A DNA stretch of 31,765 nt from a virus. Lineage: Duplodnaviria; Caudoviricetes. The stretch is from positions 1 through 31,765 of IMG/VR virus record IMGVR_UViG_3300047282_000591. The stretch is one strand, 5' to 3'. The notes under the pieces were generated by a model. The model saw nothing but the letters and a program-made list of their open reading frames with translations. It was not told where the DNA came from and ran no database searches. Shown one piece after another: positions 1 through 8,487 of this stretch. The position numbers and the translations under genes were made by a program. Every line of letters starts with the position of its first letter. Position 1 is the stretch's first letter.

Positions 1-489
1 GGCGGGGCCGAGACCCAGGGTGGGGGTAGCCGAAGCACCGCCAACACCGCTGTTCACCACATCGCCGCCGTCGAGACGGAGGCCCACACGGTACACATAA
101 GCACCGGAAGGAACAGTAATGCCGTTAGCGATATCGGCACGAATGTCCTTGTGGTAATCAGGCGAAGGAATGATTACATCGCCGGAGGTGAACGCCTTGT
201 TATCGCCGTTCAGACCGGAACCCCAAGGGGTGGTGTAGTACTCAAGCTGGTTGACAGAGCCAAGAGCTTGATACGACAGGTCGACATAGCCGACAGCTTG
301 CTGAGCGATCCAACCGGGACGGAAGATAACGCCAACAGGGCCGCCAACGGGCTGATTAGCCAGAGTCTCAGCTGTGCCGTTTTCGTTAAGAAAATCGACA
401 GACTTGGACTCGTGCCAGTACCGGAGAACGTTGGTGTAGTTACCGGGGTAGATCTTCGAAACGGAGATCTGTGCAGGATTAATTGCCAT
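1..489 (-). CDS. Putative virion structural protein (possibly capsid decoration), 3'-truncated by the window edge
   Basis: Not in the ORF track. ATG at 489, with a strong SD GAGGAGG (499-505) overlapping the MCP stop. Open for 163 codons to the window end (MAINPAQISVSKIYPGNYTNVLRYWHESK...). Function inferred from position only. Confidence 0.7.
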   Translation of the reverse strand, partial: MAINPAQISVSKIYPGNYTNVLRYWHESKSVDFLNENGTAETLANQPVGGPVGVIFRPGWIAQQAVGYVDLSYQALGSVNQLEYYTTPWGSGLNGDNKAFTSGDVIIPSPDYHKDIRADIANGITVPSGAYVYRVGLRLDGGDVVNSGVGGASATPTLGLGPA

Positions 490-503
490 CGTTAGTTACC
501 TCC

Positions 504-2745
504 TCAAGCGTTAAAGGAGTAAGCGATGGTGGCGAAATCAGCATTCAGGAGTTCGAAACCTGCGTACAGGCTCCAAATCATCATGATGAAACGGCTGAAG
601 TCGTCGTTGTTGTTCAGGAGCACCTGAGCGTTGTTGCCGCCGATACCGACGCCCACGCTCTGGGGACCAAAGAACATACCAATCGCGGTTTCGTAGGACT
701 TCGAAGTACCTGCGATGGTGGCGGTTGCGTTCTGAGAAGGCATGTTGGTCGACTCGAAGAATCGAACGCCTTCAAACACGAAACCGGTGGGCATGATCGG
801 CTCACCAGCCACGAAGGTGGCTTGACCGAAGCCCTGACCCATGTAGATAGCAGCGTTAGGCTGCATCGCCGACATGAGCGGGTTGATCTGCCCGTTGCCA
901 GGGTAACGAGCAACTTCACGGAAGTCGCTGTTCTGACGCAGGTGCATCAGGAAGGTAGGATCGCAAACGCAGCGATAGAAACCGTCCTGGTAGGTGGGGA
1001 CGTTACGCTTACGCAGGCTCTTCACCACGCGCAGCAGGTCGTCCTTAACGTCGAACTTAGCTTGCTCGGCGTTGGCATAGGTGAGGCTACCAACAGCGAG
1101 ATCGCCGGGGTAGTAGTAACCACCTTGGCTGTCGGAAGCCTGGCCCTTGGAAACAGCTTTCAGGAGTTCGTTGATGAACACCCGGTCGCGCCAACGACGA
1201 TAGTCGTCAAGCAGAGTCAGCGAACCGATGGACTGGTGGAAGGCAGTCAGGTTGCCGGTATCCAACAGAAGACGCTGCGCGGTGATCAGAGTCTCGCGAG
1301 CAATCTTGAAAGTGCTGGGCTGAGTGGGATCAGTCGGGTCGGCAGGACCGGTGTACTCGCGAAGGGTCACGAGCACTTTGTCCTTCACGATATTGCGGCT
1401 GTTAGCAGTACCAATGGTCTGCTCTGCAGTACGCTCACGTGACTCCTTGGAGCCTGGGTTGCCCCAGAAGCGATAACGATCAAGCTGAACGGTCTGGCCG
1501 GGCTGTTTTGAGAAGTCGTGAACAACACGTGTTAGGATTCTGGAGTCCGAATCCGTTCCCTAGGTTTCTCATCCCTAGGGCACTGACTATATCTTGCTCC
1601 CAGATGTCACGTTACGAACGTTTTGACCCAGATTTTTCTGTTGTTCGCGAACTGGCTTCAAAAATGCCAGATGTTGAAGCAGCGAAAATACTAGGTGTAA
1701 CGATGGTGACTTTTTATAAAGCTAGAAAGAGACTCGGTATTCCATCTTACTTTGAACAAACCGGTAAGCGTAAGAGAAAATCAGGAGAGATTTACTCTTT
1801 TATGGAATACAATGACCGATATTTTGAGGTCATTGATACACCCGATAAAGCTTACTTTCTAGGTTTGTTAGCAGCAGATGGAAACATAAGTCCTAGATTA
1901 ACAGCAGCGAGGATAGCTCTAAAAGAACAAGATTGTAACATTTTAGAGCAATTTAGAAAGTTCTTAGGTGAGGGTGCTCCAGAACTTAAAACAAAGATCC
2001 CTAAAACTAATGGAAAGGAACATGCCCCTCAAAAAATTTTAGTTCTTAGTAAAAAGTCCATGGTGGAGGATTTATTGAAGCTAGGCGTAACACCTAACAA
2101 GTCCCACACTTTGAAACTTTCTTGTGACCTCCGTGAGTTTAAAAAGGACTTTATAAGAGGAGTGTGGGACGGAGACGGTTCTATTACAGAACGTCGCTTT
2201 AAAGTCACCACGGCTTCTCTTGAGTTTGCTTACCAGCTTCAGACTTGGATCCTCGATGTGAGTGGTTTGAGTCTTCCGATTAAATCAGAGCTAACCAAAA
2301 ACGGGAAAGATTTGTATTCTATTCCCGGTTACATCAGGGACGCAAAAGCCATACAGGCTATTTACGGAGGATGTAGTCTGGGTATTGAGCGAAAGCTTAA
2401 AGCTTACGAACAATACTGGGAGCCCCGGCGCTAATGGACTTCATAATCCGGTCTGGATCGTATGTCCTAGTCGATGAACCTTCCACTCATTCCTGAGAGG
2501 CTTGGCTGCTGATTGCCCCAGACTTCAGACTTTTTAACCGTTCACGCTTGCCGTCGCCGGCTACGTTGTAGGGTCTGAAGCTTTTAAGAAGGGTTTCCAG
2601 CAATTCACCGGGTTTTCACTCTCCGATTACTCAGAGAGGCGGCTGGGTTGTCAACCGGCTCTGCAGCCATCTCTACAACGTACGCAGGGTGCGGACGGTA
2701 GAGTTCTGCGCCGAGCAGCTTCGGAAAATCATTGTCGACGAACAA
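504..2745 (-). CDS. Major capsid protein, intron-split: join(complement 2654..2745, 504..1527), 371 aa
   Basis: Exon 1 starts at TTG 2745 with SD GGAGG (2754-2758) and reads MFVDNDFPKLLGAELYRPHPAYVVEMAAEP+GT. Exon 2 continues T GTT GTT CAC... giving (V)VVHDFSKQPGQTVQLDRYRFWG..., in frame with track ORF 504..1388. 92+1024 nt = 372 codons including stop. Size and position downstream of portal/scaffold fit an MCP. Confidence 0.85.
1528..2653 (-). mobile_element. Group I self-splicing intron (IA-like, with P7.1 extension) in the MCP gene
   Basis: Minus-strand core elements: P AAUUGCUGGAAAC, Q AAUCAGCAGCC, R UUCAUCGACUA, S AAGAUAUAGUC. P1 is CGGU^UG/CAGCCG with the U.G pair at the splice site. 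P10 is GACAAC with 3' exon GUUGUU. P2 has a GUAA loop, P3 is CCCGG/CCGGG, P8 is GCUCCCAG/CUGGGAGC and P9 is CCCUAGG/CCUAGGG. The terminal G is at 1528. Confidence 0.93.
1604..2434 (+). CDS. Two-motif LAGLIDADG homing endonuclease with N-terminal HTH, antisense within intron loop L8 (276 aa)
   Basis: Motifs AYFLGLLAADGNI and DFIRGVWDGDGSI, plus an HTH-like DVEAAKILGVTMVTFYKARKRLGI. ATG 1604 abuts the P8 stem. The track start at 1439 runs into exon 2 and is unlikely. Confidence 0.9.
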   Translation: MSRYERFDPDFSVVRELASKMPDVEAAKILGVTMVTFYKARKRLGIPSYFEQTGKRKRKSGEIYSFMEYNDRYFEVIDTPDKAYFLGLLAADGNISPRLTAARIALKEQDCNILEQFRKFLGEGAPELKTKIPKTNGKEHAPQKILVLSKKSMVEDLLKLGVTPNKSHTLKLSCDLREFKKDFIRGVWDGDGSITERRFKVTTASLEFAYQLQTWILDVSGLSLPIKSELTKNGKDLYSIPGYIRDAKAIQAIYGGCSLGIERKLKAYEQYWEPRR

Positions 2746-2825
2746 AGCGTCAACCTCCGAAGAACTACGTACTTAATTTAACTGAGTACCAATAAAAAAG
2801 GAAGGTTTGTGTCGCATTCTTAGCG

Positions 2826-3581
2826 TTAAACCTGCGGCTGATTACCGACGTTAACTGACGTGCTAAAGGGTCGGATAAGACCACGCACGCTCTCAGGGCT
2901 CTGGTAGTAAACAGAACCGTAATTGGATACATACCGTGTAGAACCGCCCCGATAGATAAATCGGAGGGGCGTGGACATCAATCCCGGAGCTTGAGAACGA
3001 ACAGTCTCAGTGTAAGTTTTGCAATATACCGGGGGGTTATATCGCCATTCAGCCCTATTAGCTGTGCCCTGACTCCCAAGATCATTCGTTAATATCGCAC
3101 CCTCATAGTTACGGTGGGTAACGCCGCCGCCGGTATATCCCTCCGCAGCCGAATTGCTATCAGGAGTATTGAACGGCGTGTAAACCTGACCGTCAGGGGC
3201 GCCTCCACCGTAATAAAGGTATTTACCCGCGTTACGAACCCCGTAATCCGGTGTAGTCGCAGTTTGAGTTTTTACACCAGCAACGGTTGTGGAGCTAATC
3301 GAACGATATCCAACGTAAGTATCTAGAGCTCCACTGGGCTCGTAGGCTACATCGTGCGTGTAATCAGTCCAATAACCGGAAACAGCTCTTGGTACAGACC
3401 TCCAATCGTCTGTCTGATACCACAATCCGCTGTTAGGTGCTCCCGGAGTAATTACACCGAGATCTGCTCCGAGATCATTAATACCAGAAGCGACAACAAC
3501 AAAGCCCTCATAATTCGGACCACTTTGAATCCGATGAGGGCCTGAGTCGTACTTGTAATTAGAAAGTGGGGTATAAGTCAC
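2826..3581 (-). CDS. Hypothetical protein, probably virion-associated (Tyr/Gly/Thr-rich)
   Basis: 251-aa ORF directly upstream of the MCP gene on the same strand; no motif recognised. Confidence 0.65.
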   Translation of the reverse strand: MTYTPLSNYKYDSGPHRIQSGPNYEGFVVVASGINDLGADLGVITPGAPNSGLWYQTDDWRSVPRAVSGYWTDYTHDVAYEPSGALDTYVGYRSISSTTVAGVKTQTATTPDYGVRNAGKYLYYGGGAPDGQVYTPFNTPDSNSAAEGYTGGGVTHRNYEGAILTNDLGSQGTANRAEWRYNPPVYCKTYTETVRSQAPGLMSTPLRFIYRGGSTRYVSNYGSVYYQSPESVRGLIRPFSTSVNVGNQPQV

Positions 3582-3612
3582 GGCGAATATGCGCTTATAC
3601 CCAGTCTAAGTT

Positions 3613-3789
3613 TTAACTTTCTGTATTAGCTGCAGGAGTAAGCTGAGAATTCAGGTGACTCATATCAGCACTGATATTGGCCATATCGGTGCGATAGAGA
3701 GACTTAAGTTCTTCAAGTTCTTTTTTTAAGGTCTCAACTTCAGCTGAAGTAGAAACTTGAACTTGACGACGACCCAGAGAGTTAGGCAT
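3613..3789 (-). CDS. Small coiled-coil hypothetical protein (58 aa)
   Basis: Not in the track. MPNSLGRRQVQVSTSAEVETLKKELEELKSLYRTDMANISADMSHLNSQLTPAANTES; the start overlaps the upstream stop and it fills the intergenic gap. Confidence 0.65.
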   Translation of the reverse strand: MPNSLGRRQVQVSTSAEVETLKKELEELKSLYRTDMANISADMSHLNSQLTPAANTES

Positions 3790-3964
3790 TGGAGCTCTTA
3801 CGCTTACTCTCAGTGTACTTCTTAGCTTTACGCTTCGCCTTTACCCGCTCGGGGAGGTTGCCCTTAGTTTCTTTTTCATACTCAGCGACTTTTGCTTTCG
3901 AGATCTCGCCCCGAGCTTCCATCGCATAAAATTTGCGGCGCTGTGCCTCCGATTTAAAAGGCAT
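3782..3964 (-). CDS. Small basic phage protein (MPFKSxxQRR type)
   Basis: 60 aa, Lys/Arg-rich, N-terminus MPFKSEAQRRKFYA of a type common in phage head regions. Confidence 0.7.
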   Translation of the reverse strand: MPFKSEAQRRKFYAMEARGEISKAKVAEYEKETKGNLPERVKAKRKAKKYTESKRKSSNA

Positions 3965-3996
3965 AGTTTTAAATGTCTCTAATTGAGTTTACCAAT

Positions 3997-4024
3997 AAAA
4001 AACCCCCGTCTGTAAAGACGAGGG
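3997..4024 (-). terminator. Rho-independent terminator after the scaffold-like gene
   Basis: Minus strand CCCTCGTC-TTTACA-GACGGGGG followed by a TTTTTT tract. Confidence 0.75.
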
Positions 4025-4060
4025 CGTGTCCCTTATCCACCGGAGCGGACAAACTATAGA

Positions 4061-4978
4061 TCAGTTGCCGTCCAGGAACAAGAGTTTGGAGCGGAATGCC
4101 TCAGGACTCATTTGAGACAGAACACGCCAAGCTTGCTCAGGGTTCTGGTTCATCACGTTGCTGAAACCTTCCCATTGGATTTGGGGATCACCAGTGGGAG
4201 TGCCGGTGCCAGCCGAAGCGGGAACGGCGGGCATCTGATCGTAACGGGGTTGATAAGCATTCTCCTGAACAGGAGCTGCTTCGTCCACGGGGTACACCTC
4301 GGTGAAGAACCGGTTGGTGTAATCAGCAAGCTGATCGGGATCAGTCAGAATCTGCTCCATGGCCATGGCGCGGTTAGCCACGTTCTCCAGCACGGTGTGC
4401 TGTTGAATCAGAGCATCCTCAAGAGTAACGGAGTACTGATTGAGGATTCCAGGAGCCTCGATGCCGAAGTGATTAACGACGGCGGCGGTTTCTTGGCTTA
4501 GCTGCGGAGCTTGTTGCTCCGTAGAAGTCGGATAAGAAGTCTGGGTTGTATACCCGTTGTTGGACGAGATCAGCGGAGCCTGGGGTGCCTGGTAAGCCCA
4601 AGGCTGTTGGGCCTGTGAAGGCAGACTGCTGAGTTGAGTATCCTGCAGCGCCACCGGGCTCTGCTGATACGACGCTGTCTGGCTGGGGGACGGAGAGATA
4701 CGGGAGACCACCCGCTCCAAGCTGCTCATCGCCGCTTCCCACGGGTTGGACGGGGAGGACGTTGACGGAGACTGGCTGTACTGGCTGTTGGTAGAAGGGA
4801 CCGAAGCCTGTGTTGCCGGCGACTGCACTTGGGGCATAGCTGCCGAAGGTGCCGCCTGGGTAGTTGCTACCCACTGCGGGTAGGCTGTTGAGCCCATATC
4901 CGCCGAGGGCGCCGCCTGCGGGGCTGCTACCGCCGGGGATACCGGGCTCGGGATCGAAGCTGGGATCTGCTGGCTCAT
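4061..4978 (-). CDS. Putative capsid scaffolding protein
   Basis: 305 aa with a Q/P/S/A low-complexity N-half and an acidic helical C-half (FGIEAPGILNQY...QLADYTNRFF...FRSKLLFLD). Lies between portal and MCP; the first 506 nt overlap the portal ORF in another frame. Confidence 0.6.
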   Translation of the reverse strand: MSQQIPASIPSPVSPAVAAPQAAPSADMGSTAYPQWVATTQAAPSAAMPQVQSPATQASVPSTNSQYSQSPSTSSPSNPWEAAMSSLERVVSRISPSPSQTASYQQSPVALQDTQLSSLPSQAQQPWAYQAPQAPLISSNNGYTTQTSYPTSTEQQAPQLSQETAAVVNHFGIEAPGILNQYSVTLEDALIQQHTVLENVANRAMAMEQILTDPDQLADYTNRFFTEVYPVDEAAPVQENAYQPRYDQMPAVPASAGTGTPTGDPQIQWEGFSNVMNQNPEQAWRVLSQMSPEAFRSKLLFLDGN

Positions 4979-6710
4979 AGCTGCCCGAGTAAGTCAGTTC
5001 TTGCGCAAGGTGGTCAAACGTCCTATAGAGCAAGGGCGTTATGTTTAGCCGAGGGTCAGCCGCAAGCGGTTGATTCGGCGCAAGTGGATGTGGCGCTTGC
5101 AACATCTGATTCAATAATAGTAGAAATTGCTGGAAAGCGCCCTGGGTTTGTTGAATCATTCTGAAGGGAAAGCCCTTCAGCATTTCGGCACGTTCTGAAT
5201 CGGTTTTATCCGGGAACAGATACTTCAGAGCCTCTACGGAATCAACACCCAACTCTTGAAGATTTCGAACGACGATAGATTTTTGGTTGATGTCGTACGC
5301 AGTATCTTCGTAAACATCGCCTTGAAAGCGATATGTAACGTTACGATCTCCGTCAGGCGGAAGGCCGTAAACGCCACGTGGGACTTTGTTTTCAGTTACA
5401 GCGGTTTGAATAGCTAAGTCAACATCAGACTCGTACTTAGTGAGTCTCTTTTGGTACTTAGCAACAGATTCTTCAGTTTGCTCTTTAGGTTCTTTAGGGG
5501 GTGTAAGCCCCATAACTTGGATGAAACTTTCGCGGAAAATAATCTCCTGGTGATAAATAATCATCTCCAAGAGGCGGCAGAAACCGTAAGTTAAGAAACT
5601 TTTGTTTTTCCGCAGGGCCGTTGCTTGAGCACGACCCATTAAGCCTTTAATTTCAGTTGCGGTAGCACCAGCTGAGACAGAAATCTCGTCAACGCCACCT
5701 AAAGCTGTACGTATTTCCTCTCTTAAGAGAAGTGCGTATCGATTCATATCCCCGTTAACGGGGTCGGGCGTCATGTAGCCCACACGATCTGTAGGCTCGA
5801 CGTTGGCGATAACGCGAGGAACTCGAAGTCCGCCCAGAGCAGAGCTCGCTCCAAATGGATCGGATACACGAGTTGACGGTGTATCTAATCCGGCAAATCC
5901 GCTCTGACTACTGATGGTGGGTCGGAAGTTCCGGTCAGCGTCCGATGCTTCCACCAGATCGCTACGGGGACGCGAACTAATCAGCGTGGGATTGCCAAAA
6001 AACTCAATATTCTTGGCAATATTCGTCATCATCTGATCATGAAGCACAATCTGCTCCATGAACGCCTCAAATTCGCCTTCTCCCTCAGTACCGCTGGAAT
6101 TAGGTTTGTTTAAAACCTCAACAGCGGGAATAAATCCGAGCGTATTGGGTTTACGGCTTTTAGGTGTTAAAACCGTGCCAGGGTCTAACTCAAAACTAAG
6201 CTCTGTATTCGCTTCAAACTCTGAAATGGTTTCAGCAGTTATCGAGAGTCTGACGTACCGCTTATTTTGCCCATAAGTATCGGCAGGCAGACCTAAGGAC
6301 GAATTACGTACCTTATAACTGTAAATAATTACGACTTCCTCAATATTCCCATTTATATCGTGATAAACACGATATTGATTTTTAGAGAAGAAGTAGATTT
6401 GATACTTTAGTTTTGGATCAGGGCGGAAATAGAACAATCCACAGCCGTCGATCAAAAAATTCCGGATAATCGACGGAAAACGGATGTCGATCTTATTTAA
6501 ATCGAGTAAATCCGTTAAAAATTTGGTCCGGGCTTTATAGGTGTCTTGTTCGCAGTAAAAAAACAGGCCCTTTTTCATCATCAACAGCGTCATTTGCTGC
6601 AGATGACTCAAAACGACCATGGTGGCCGACTGCTTAGAACGATCCTGGGTGCGTGAAGCCTCCAGGATCTCGTTAAAACGTTGACGAACGCTGAGATTAT
6701 CAGCCGGCAT
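4473..6710 (-). CDS. Putative portal protein
   Basis: 745 aa downstream of TerL. Portal-like features include FLIDGCGLFYF, NTLGFIPAVEV, GEGEFE, a helical stem and SAGATATEIK; the C-tail is low complexity. Confidence 0.75.
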   Translation of the reverse strand: MPADNLSVRQRFNEILEASRTQDRSKQSATMVVLSHLQQMTLLMMKKGLFFYCEQDTYKARTKFLTDLLDLNKIDIRFPSIIRNFLIDGCGLFYFRPDPKLKYQIYFFSKNQYRVYHDINGNIEEVVIIYSYKVRNSSLGLPADTYGQNKRYVRLSITAETISEFEANTELSFELDPGTVLTPKSRKPNTLGFIPAVEVLNKPNSSGTEGEGEFEAFMEQIVLHDQMMTNIAKNIEFFGNPTLISSRPRSDLVEASDADRNFRPTISSQSGFAGLDTPSTRVSDPFGASSALGGLRVPRVIANVEPTDRVGYMTPDPVNGDMNRYALLLREEIRTALGGVDEISVSAGATATEIKGLMGRAQATALRKNKSFLTYGFCRLLEMIIYHQEIIFRESFIQVMGLTPPKEPKEQTEESVAKYQKRLTKYESDVDLAIQTAVTENKVPRGVYGLPPDGDRNVTYRFQGDVYEDTAYDINQKSIVVRNLQELGVDSVEALKYLFPDKTDSERAEMLKGFPFRMIQQTQGAFQQFLLLLNQMLQAPHPLAPNQPLAADPRLNITPLLYRTFDHLAQELTYSGSYEPADPSFDPEPGIPGGSSPAGGALGGYGLNSLPAVGSNYPGGTFGSYAPSAVAGNTGFGPFYQQPVQPVSVNVLPVQPVGSGDEQLGAGGLPYLSVPQPDSVVSAEPGGAAGYSTQQSAFTGPTALGLPGTPGSADLVQQRVYNPDFLSDFYGATSSAAKPRNRRRR

Positions 6711-6739
6711 TAGGGTTGTTCCCTTTCTGGTAGTTTAAA

Positions 6740-6889
6740 TCAGCTTTTAGGGGCTTCCTTCTCTGCGCGACGCTTCATCTTAGCTCTGCGGGCCTTACGT
6801 AGAGCTTCCTTATGCTCTTCTTTCTTACCCTCCTTACCTTCTTTCTCTTCGAAGTGCTTACGAAGGCCCTCAGGCATACCTTTAGACAT
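6740..6889 (-). CDS. Small highly charged protein (49 aa)
   Basis: Not in the track. MSKGMPEGLRKHFEEKEGKEGKKEEHKEALRKARRAKMKRRAEKEAPKS; start overlaps the GT17 stop. Confidence 0.6.
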   Translation of the reverse strand: MSKGMPEGLRKHFEEKEGKEGKKEEHKEALRKARRAKMKRRAEKEAPKS

Positions 6890-7724
6890 CGGGCAGCAGA
6901 TAATTCTTCACTCGCTCTATTTTAAACAGCTCAGAAGGCAAAAGCTCATGGGGATAATCAATAAGAATGTGATCAGTACGCCCTAACGGATCGTTACCAC
7001 CCGCCGTGGGCTTATACGCGTCTAAATGATCCAACATTTCCTGGCTATAAGCCGGGGCAACAGCATTAGGGATGTCGTCATAACAGTGAGAGAAGGAAGT
7101 GACCTTACGCTTCATACGTGCAGCGTCACCCATCCAGCTGAAATGCCAACCAGCGTCGCAATTACCGTAAACAACATCGTTTGGATTACGGCGGATCTGC
7201 GAAAGTGTTTGATCTAAGTGATCGTGCAGCACGATTGTGCCGCAAACCCAGTTTGTAGGCGGTTTTTTATCGTTTTGCTCTGGATCAACGACGCGTAAAT
7301 CTGCCCGACCGTAAAACATAGGCATCGAAAGACGGAAACAACGCTCCGGTGACAACTGAGCAAGACGCGCAGCCTCTAATAAGGCATCAGGTTTGGGGAT
7401 TTCGTCAACATCACTGAAGAAAAACACCGAATCGGGCGGTGTCATCCTCATTCCGACCGCTAGAGCGTCCCGTTGAGCGTACTCTCGTGCCCACGGGTTT
7501 GGAATTTCCTCTTTCGAAGGCAATTCGACGTGTAAAACTTGGATTTTGTCCTCAGGAAGACCCAGTTCACGGATAGTATCTACGCACGTAAAAGGCTTAG
7601 GATCGCCTTTGAACGTCCTATTTGCATCTGTAATTATAAAACCATCTACAATATCTTTAAGGATATTGATACGGAGCTCTAAAAGCTCTTTCTCATCAAA
7701 ATAAAGGAAACAATCAAACAGCAC
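6882..7724 (-). CDS. Glycosyltransferase family 17 (GnT-III/MGAT3-like)
   Basis: Motifs DCFLYFDEKELLELRI, NRTFKGDPKP, REYAQRD, SDVDEIP (DxD) and GWHFSW. Confidence 0.85.
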   Translation of the reverse strand: MLFDCFLYFDEKELLELRINILKDIVDGFIITDANRTFKGDPKPFTCVDTIRELGLPEDKIQVLHVELPSKEEIPNPWAREYAQRDALAVGMRMTPPDSVFFFSDVDEIPKPDALLEAARLAQLSPERCFRLSMPMFYGRADLRVVDPEQNDKKPPTNWVCGTIVLHDHLDQTLSQIRRNPNDVVYGNCDAGWHFSWMGDAARMKRKVTSFSHCYDDIPNAVAPAYSQEMLDHLDAYKPTAGGNDPLGRTDHILIDYPHELLPSELFKIERVKNYLLPDV

Positions 7725-7748
7725 GGCAGGCAGTCAACTGCCACTATG

Positions 7749-8075
7749 TTAGTACCGAACTGCTGTATTGATGCCGTTCCCCGCGCGAGCAGCGATAGTA
7801 GGGGTCTCCGCCCGTCGTTTTGCCCGAGCTTGAGCCAACATATCCGACTTCATCGACTCCAGAAAGTCAGGCGAGCCGGAAACAGGGCTCTCATTATCCC
7901 CGTAAGGCCCATCTTGCGGTGGGACTGGTCCAGAAAAACTGTATCCGTCCTGATCTGCGTCATATCGAGCATCCTGCATACCTGTACGCTGGGCTTTCAC
8001 CTGTTGATTTGCGGCATTAGCCTGCTCATCAAATGCTTTCGAAAAGAAAGAACCAGCGCGGGAAAAAGGATCCAT
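7749..8075 (-). CDS. Hypothetical protein
   Basis: 108-aa ORF in a tightly packed operon. Confidence 0.6.
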   Translation of the reverse strand: MDPFSRAGSFFSKAFDEQANAANQQVKAQRTGMQDARYDADQDGYSFSGPVPPQDGPYGDNESPVSGSPDFLESMKSDMLAQARAKRRAETPTIAARAGNGINTAVRY

Positions 8076-8079
8076 TAAT

Positions 8080-8295
8080 TTACGATTTCTTACTTTTAAT
8101 GTACTCAGAAGCGCGGCGGCGTGCTTCGCGAGCTGCCTGAGTGTTTGGAACCTGAGTATTCACAGGTTTATCACCGGCAGTAGCTCGCTTCTTTTTCTCA
8201 TCAGTTGCACGGCGTTCCTCAGCAGACAGACTTGCCCACGCGGATCTGGGAAGATACCGTTCGGTACGTCCTTTTTCGCGAGCTAAATCCGCCAT
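8080..8295 (-). CDS. DUF5872-like protein, C-terminal half
   Basis: ERYLPRSAWASLSAEERRATDEKKK...QVPNT resembles the second half of DUF5872-type proteins (recalled, not searched). Confidence 0.65.
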   Translation of the reverse strand: MADLAREKGRTERYLPRSAWASLSAEERRATDEKKKRATAGDKPVNTQVPNTQAAREARRRASEYIKSKKS

Positions 8296-8486
8296 CAGTC
8301 AATAACTCCAGCCTTCAGGTGTTTATCCGACAGAGCTTTAGCAATAAGTAGATCCTTCATCTGCATCACATCAGGATCAACTTTTGCAGACATATACGAG
8401 GTAATGTCCTCGAACTCGGGCAGACCGCTTTTTTCGCGATAACTGTCGCCACCGGATAGTGCGGAGATCAGCGTGGTTAGATCCAT
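8295..8486 (-). CDS. Hypothetical protein (63 aa)
   Basis: Tightly coupled to both neighbours (TGATG overlap at 8295). Confidence 0.55.
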   Translation of the reverse strand: MDLTTLISALSGGDSYREKSGLPEFEDITSYMSAKVDPDVMQMKDLLIAKALSDKHLKAGVID

Positions 8487-8487
8487 G

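Noticed and set aside
151-1442. Plus-strand ORF chain 151..495 and 483..1442 apparently coupled (GTGA) to the HEG ORF at 1439
   Set aside because: These are antisense shadows of two strongly codon-biased structural genes; the products have no recognisable features or SD sites.
1439-1603. 55-codon N-terminal extension of the endonuclease in the ORF track
   Set aside because: It is the antisense of MCP exon 2 and the intron's P9/S elements; ATG 1604 at the loop boundary is more parsimonious.
1604-2434. Intein interpretation of the LAGLIDADG domain
   Set aside because: It is on the opposite strand from the host gene, lacks Cys1 and His-Asn splicing termini, and is flanked by a full group I RNA core.
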